Part shown: positions 60,901 to 64,000 of the stretch, piece after piece
Layout: each line of letters begins with the position of its first letter
Position numbering within the stretch: position 1 is the first letter of the stretch
Assembly: GCA_000091205.1 (NCBI GenBank)
Contig: AP006499.2
Source of the DNA: Cyanidioschyzon merolae
Taxonomy: Eukaryota
Direction: 5' to 3' (one strand)
Length of the DNA stretch: 64,000 bases
The notes under the pieces: model-generated
The model's input: the letters and a program-made list of their open reading frames with translations, nothing else
What the model was told of the DNA's origin: nothing
Databases searched by the model: none
Program-made: the position numbers and the translations under genes

Positions 60901-61650
60901 CGCAAAGTTTTCATGATCGAGCCTGCCTGTTTCGAGCGTCACCTTCCTGGATGATAAGCTCTTCAGATTCTCATTGAATGTCGAGCTTCCATTGCCGAAC
61001 ATGCCTGACTCGAGCGACAGTTCCTGGGTTGACGGCTCGCGAGCCACGGGCGCTTCGATCCCGCGCGTTTGGTCAGTCCGAGCGCGAGCCCAGCTGGCTA
61101 CACAACGGAGTGCAACCTGCGCGGGCTCTGTGAAAACTTGCGAACAAGTGCCCGTTGTGTGCTTCCATACCTGAGGCGAAGACCCGGAAACCATATTAAG
61201 AGGAAGACTCTCGAAACGTCGCCAAAGTGCTGCCTCCAGCTGTGGAACGGAAGCGTCAACAACTTGCTCATCCAGAGGCGCGCTCTGAACCGAAAACGCT
61301 GTGCTCAAAGTTCGGATCAGCGTGTCGGCTAGGGCCGTTCTGGAGTCAACAAGTCGCTCTAGTACAACAGCAACGGAAAAGAAGAGTGCCGAGAGCACAG
61401 AAACACAGACTTCTGTGCTCCGCCCTAGGCACTGCGAATCAATTTGAACCCTCTGCAGCACCTCTGTGGTGTGCACAAGACTTTCGCGGACATCCGAAAA
61501 TGAAGTTTGCGACCGAACTCGCTGTAAATGAGAAGCCAGCTCGAGAAGCGTTCGGATGAACGCTGCGTTTCCAGGTTGCTCCGTAGAAAGCAGCAGCCGT
61601 GCTTTTTGCCGACAATTTGCTGGTTTCCGAGCACGTTCGTCTTGGTTCAT
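58000..61650 (-). CDS. Large alpha-helical repeat (HEAT/ARM-like) protein, 1216 aa. Function unknown; possibly a TTI1-like scaffold.
   Basis: Single uninterrupted 3.65-kb ORF, Leu/Ala-rich with periodic amphipathic helices throughout. No catalytic motif. Confidence 0.5.
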   Translation of the reverse strand: MNQDERARKPANCRQKARLLLSTEQPGNAAFIRTLLELASHLQRVRSQTSFSDVRESLVHTTEVLQRVQIDSQCLGRSTEVCVSVLSALFFSVAVVLERLVDSRTALADTLIRTLSTAFSVQSAPLDEQVVDASVPQLEAALWRRFESLPLNMVSGSSPQVWKHTTGTCSQVFTEPAQVALRCVASWARARTDQTRGIEAPVAREPSTQELSLESGMFGNGSSTFNENLKSLSSRKVTLETGRLDHENFALDDDLSSPLASQIHSHVGDASGEPKRLAQLDLPEQHDNAGGVLIPDTVVRTRNPSPPNNDSMQHASDSNGQSSHVDRLWAVAHDNQRKLEPKQNACPVIREAAEANAAFKEATCLKGGPRAQRRLTAGCRHCFPCAVLSEALKRAGRGAISCILLFLLELSRSRAQWQQRSSAIRLLHRFIAFLPQDELRQCLPGISSGLCSVIAGDAQTRALVIAEAATCFGTLFARALEPSLGTEVTGSMTAPASVTSGCNWQQTKSAVGIVSPEHASPVPSKADTKHWIHAVAPKLQALLNRILVENCNAFSLHHHPSALVQAAGVYLCTVVLESIRMQDAFADDVPMLFANLALYLTSEHHQVAVLAARALRFIEALYDSVLAERALDGIGEDLGEFSDDPERPWHRRRMRCAAGLLVYLGQCQRASALPRLVQYLYERRNILDLLLAIHDSDARAGPASPGVWILEAASEGAPPNARLFPGERCDLVQLLGYAGAMDPLLDPMLGRLDSRKSDAQAQHLQSLLSFANNLLQGSLSREHPDASQAVSNRSNGDDLLSVYLEIGEESRHDPATLIQILRGIRVYAAWAARDVVDFRRRCLHKYMAFVASVSLPVATSASQMTAPVEDKIPRNASLAADSELEPGSGSAADTNALATAASQTLQVLATAAGFASVESLVRAQLSFLIRVVSTESARRFFFSIAGPESLVLVSDELVDIGRGIAFLSEERALRNLELLDTVCAVLGRHPCLRSDSEHRADADDVEEDPSLLRLAQVVESVGSAALAATERQSPELRRAALQLLHGLLESLASNQRLLLPMVARVLDHVPRCMLQTRADVRIAACDVIELAFILVPWFASSRTDKIWATMSRLLPQPLRTNARRRESPGTAREHEPLQLVRGITWATITRVLQCLCKIPVNSLRKHEQAIRAQCSAIQRFTSRSISVQAQSDFALALSAAQQLVSILAAQYPEAEA

Positions 61651-61775
61651 CTAGACCGAAGGACTCTTAGAAGACGACGCTATGATGTTCACGTTGGATA
61701 CACGCCCACGCTCTCCTGTGCAAGCGTCAAACACCATACTCGCAATGCTTCGGCTCACGAGCACTCCTACGAGCA

Positions 61776-61800
61776 CTGCTGCTGCTGCTGCTGCTGCTGC
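61776..61800 (+). repeat. (CTG/GCT)n microsatellite, about 8 units.
   Basis: Read directly: 'cactgctgctgctgctgctgctgctgcg'. It lies in the promoter/5' region between two divergent genes. Confidence 0.9.
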
Positions 61801-61802
61801 GA

Positions 61803-63110
61803 TTGCATCCCTCGACTGTGCCGGAAGCCTGCCGCCAAACTCGTACCGGCAGTGATGGTACGCTGTCGTGCGCTTCGGGCAGGATCGACCGCTCTATGAG
61901 CGCTTTCTTGATCCTTTTTTTGAAGCAGCACGATCCAAATAAGAAAGCTGATGATGCACCGCATCGAGCGCGACAGAAAAGCGGTTACTGGAAGGACCTT
62001 GTCCTGGTAGCACAGCAAATTAGGTTGTTTCAGTCAAGGTTCGGGCTCCCGAACGATCGTCTTCCAACTGAATATGAGCTCCGAAGGCACGGATATAACG
62101 GAGGTCATACGATTCTCCGAGCACTTCGATTGCACGGTGGTAAACGGGCGTTTCTGCAGAAACTTGCGCGTTTAGACGATCCAGAGGCAAAGGCGCCGTT
62201 CGCCTCCTGGCAGGAGGCGAGTCCGCAGCGAAAAGTTTCAGATGCTCGTCGGGTCGCTCGGTCTCTGAAACCAGAGTTGGAAGGACTTGCTCGGAAGCTC
62301 GGGTTACCTGGAAAGACCCTTCCGAACTTGTCTTTGATCCGTGAATACGAGCCGCTTCTGGCCAACGTCATTTGCAGTACGCCGGGCGGCTATGCCGCTA
62401 TTGCTCGCGAACTGAACTGTTGCATTGAGCAGCAAAAGCCGGTCAGCTGGGCGAGCATGCGTAGATTAAAGCCTCTGCCTCTCCAAGAGCTGAAACGGGA
62501 GCTCTTGAAATTCATCGCGGAGCGAACGGTCACGCCGGGCGTGATGCCCCCGGAGCGTATCCTGGCAAAGGCTGGACGCTTCGACTTGATTATTTCCATA
62601 GAGTACCACGGCGGCAGTCGAGCAGTGGCTGAAATATGCGAGCTTCGTGACTCTGCCAGCTGGGAATACGTGCTGGAAATGCGTGATCTGTTGCGAGAAT
62701 TGCGTGCCTATTTGAACCTTGCCAATAAGGGCAACGAAATGCCGAGCATCGCTGAACTCCAGCGACAAGGCCGTGAGGATCTCGCACGACTCATTCGACG
62801 ACACGGGGGTCCGCTCGTGTTTGCAGCGAGGTTCGGGCTGTATGTGCCTCCTTCTCGCAGAAGGCGAGAGGCGGATCTGAAATGGGGCCCGTTCTCCCTG
62901 GCGCTTGCCGTCCGGCTCCTGGATGCCTGTTACCAGCGGGGCAGAGCAGTCGATGGAATCCCTGAACTCCCGCCTCTATCCGAGTTGGATCTTGAGCTGC
63001 AGACCGAGATTGCCGAGTACGGAGGACCAGATACGGTTGCCCGTCGCCTCGGATTGGCGTTTGCACGTCCAGACGGAGCGTCTGGCACCTTGCGTGAGGA
63101 TCACTGCTGA
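61803..63110 (+). CDS. Unrecognised tandem-repeat protein, paralog of 18457-19302, with at least four ~70-aa repeats (435 aa).
   Basis: Repeats such as 'RQKSGYWKDLVLVAQQIRLFQSRFGLPNDRLPTEYELRRHGYNGGHTILRALRLHGGKRAFLQKLARL', '...MPSIAELQRQGREDLARLIRRHGGPLVFAARFGLY' and '...ELPPLSELDLELQTEIAEYGGPDTVARRLGLAF' share the GYW / LP(T/S).EL / R.DL..AI..HGG / LGL signature with the 18.5-19.3 kb gene. Confidence 0.6.
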   Translation: MHPSTVPEACRQTRTGSDGTLSCASGRIDRSMSAFLILFLKQHDPNKKADDAPHRARQKSGYWKDLVLVAQQIRLFQSRFGLPNDRLPTEYELRRHGYNGGHTILRALRLHGGKRAFLQKLARLDDPEAKAPFASWQEASPQRKVSDARRVARSLKPELEGLARKLGLPGKTLPNLSLIREYEPLLANVICSTPGGYAAIARELNCCIEQQKPVSWASMRRLKPLPLQELKRELLKFIAERTVTPGVMPPERILAKAGRFDLIISIEYHGGSRAVAEICELRDSASWEYVLEMRDLLRELRAYLNLANKGNEMPSIAELQRQGREDLARLIRRHGGPLVFAARFGLYVPPSRRRREADLKWGPFSLALAVRLLDACYQRGRAVDGIPELPPLSELDLELQTEIAEYGGPDTVARRLGLAFARPDGASGTLREDHC

Positions 63111-64000
63111 CCCGTTGTGCGTGTGTTGCGCTTAATTCCATGTAAAATTTTGGTGTGCTTGTTCCAGATCGTAGAATGGTAGGTTTTGTTTGCATGAAGA
63201 CCGTCTAGAGTCGGAGGAAACACGCCGCGAGTCCGCAATCGTCTCATTCACTGAGGCTGGAGCACCGAATCTGCATCCTCTGGGTCGGATCTCCTGAGAA
63301 TACCCCAGAAAGCGGAATGGTTGCATCTTTTCGGGAAACTGGCGCGTGGAGCATCCTTCTTCTGCGTCGCATATCTTCAGAATAGCACAGAAATCTGAAT
63401 GCTTGAATCATGTTCGGAAGGAGGATGCTTCCGAACTGGGCGAACGAAAGCACTGTGCAGTGCACATGAGGTCATCGCGAGCGCTGCGATGCGCATAGCT
63501 CCACTCATGCTCCGTGCTGCCTTAAACACACAGGATGGTCAGACGAAACCATCGAGAACTTGCACAGTTTATGGCGCTACCAATGGAGCTACAAGTACAT
63601 GGAGTGACCAAACGAAACCGACAAGGCTTGGCACGAACTTTGCCGCTGCATCCGCTGCCTACTGATAAAGAGCGCTGCATTTGGCAGGCGCCCCGCTTCA
63701 AAAAGTCGCCTCGTTTTGCCCTGGGGCTCGTCGCTCAGAATCCGTCTTTAGAAGGTAAGTGGTTTACCCTGTGAGTTGCAGACGAAGACTCTGCCCCATC
63801 ACCGCGGCACGTAAGTGGCTTGAAGCAATTCCTCACTGGGCAATACAAGAGCTCCTCTGTTCTTCCTAACACAAGTATGCATCCGGCAAGTGCACGTGCG
63901 GAGCTAGCGCCAGCGTCGTGACCGACGGGTGATACGCAACACTCCCAAAGTGTATGTATTGGTTCAGCCGCTGCCACCGTTCTGTGGCAAGTCCCTAGCT

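Noticed and set aside
1-64000. Search for tRNA, rRNA, snRNA and CRISPR features.
   Set aside because: No T-loop-like GGTTCGAATCC motifs, no rDNA-like conserved stretches, and no regularly spaced direct repeats were seen. This is eukaryotic nuclear DNA, so CRISPR is not expected.

Overview
This window looks like nuclear DNA from an intron-poor photosynthetic eukaryote, i.e. an alga. The evidence is a nuclear-type cytochrome b6f Rieske (PetC) precursor with a transit-peptide-like N-terminus, a sulfate-binding protein (Sbp) homolog, and very long uninterrupted ORFs of up to 1864 aa. I do not assign a species. Genes are single-exon and often sit in close divergent pairs. They are separated by 3-6 kb islands full of decayed mobile-element relics.

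Recognisable genes:
- trehalose-6-phosphate phosphatase domain protein, running off the left edge on the minus strand
- tandem-cassette Brr2/ASCC3-family DExH helicase
- UBTD1/2-like protein
- fumarylacetoacetase
- E(z)-type CXC+SET histone methyltransferase
- HDAC11-like class IV deacetylase, head-to-head with ESCRT-II VPS36
- ALG9 mannosyltransferase
- PetC
- Sbp
- Grx2-like GST-fold protein
- a twin Cx9C small protein
- two paralogs of an unrecognised ~70-aa tandem-repeat protein family
- several large hypothetical proteins

The most interesting content is mobile and non-coding:
- A TnpB/Fanzor-like (OrfB_IS605-type RuvC) reading frame at about 52.2-53.8 kb. It is interrupted by three in-frame stop codons.
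- Two further truncated 'tail' copies at about 16.1-16.6 kb and 31.26-31.7 kb. They keep the RuvC-III D-x-N-A-A-x-N-I motif and a conserved downstream non-coding segment, which is a candidate omega-RNA or right-end region.
- At least five frameshifted Tc1/mariner (DDE_3) transposase relics.
- A previously unrecognised ~0.65-0.85 kb non-coding dispersed repeat family with internal inverted repeats, present in four or more copies at 5.1, 26.0, 37.5 and 51.1 kb. One copy lies directly upstream of the Fanzor-like gene.

No tRNA, rRNA or CRISPR features could be supported.
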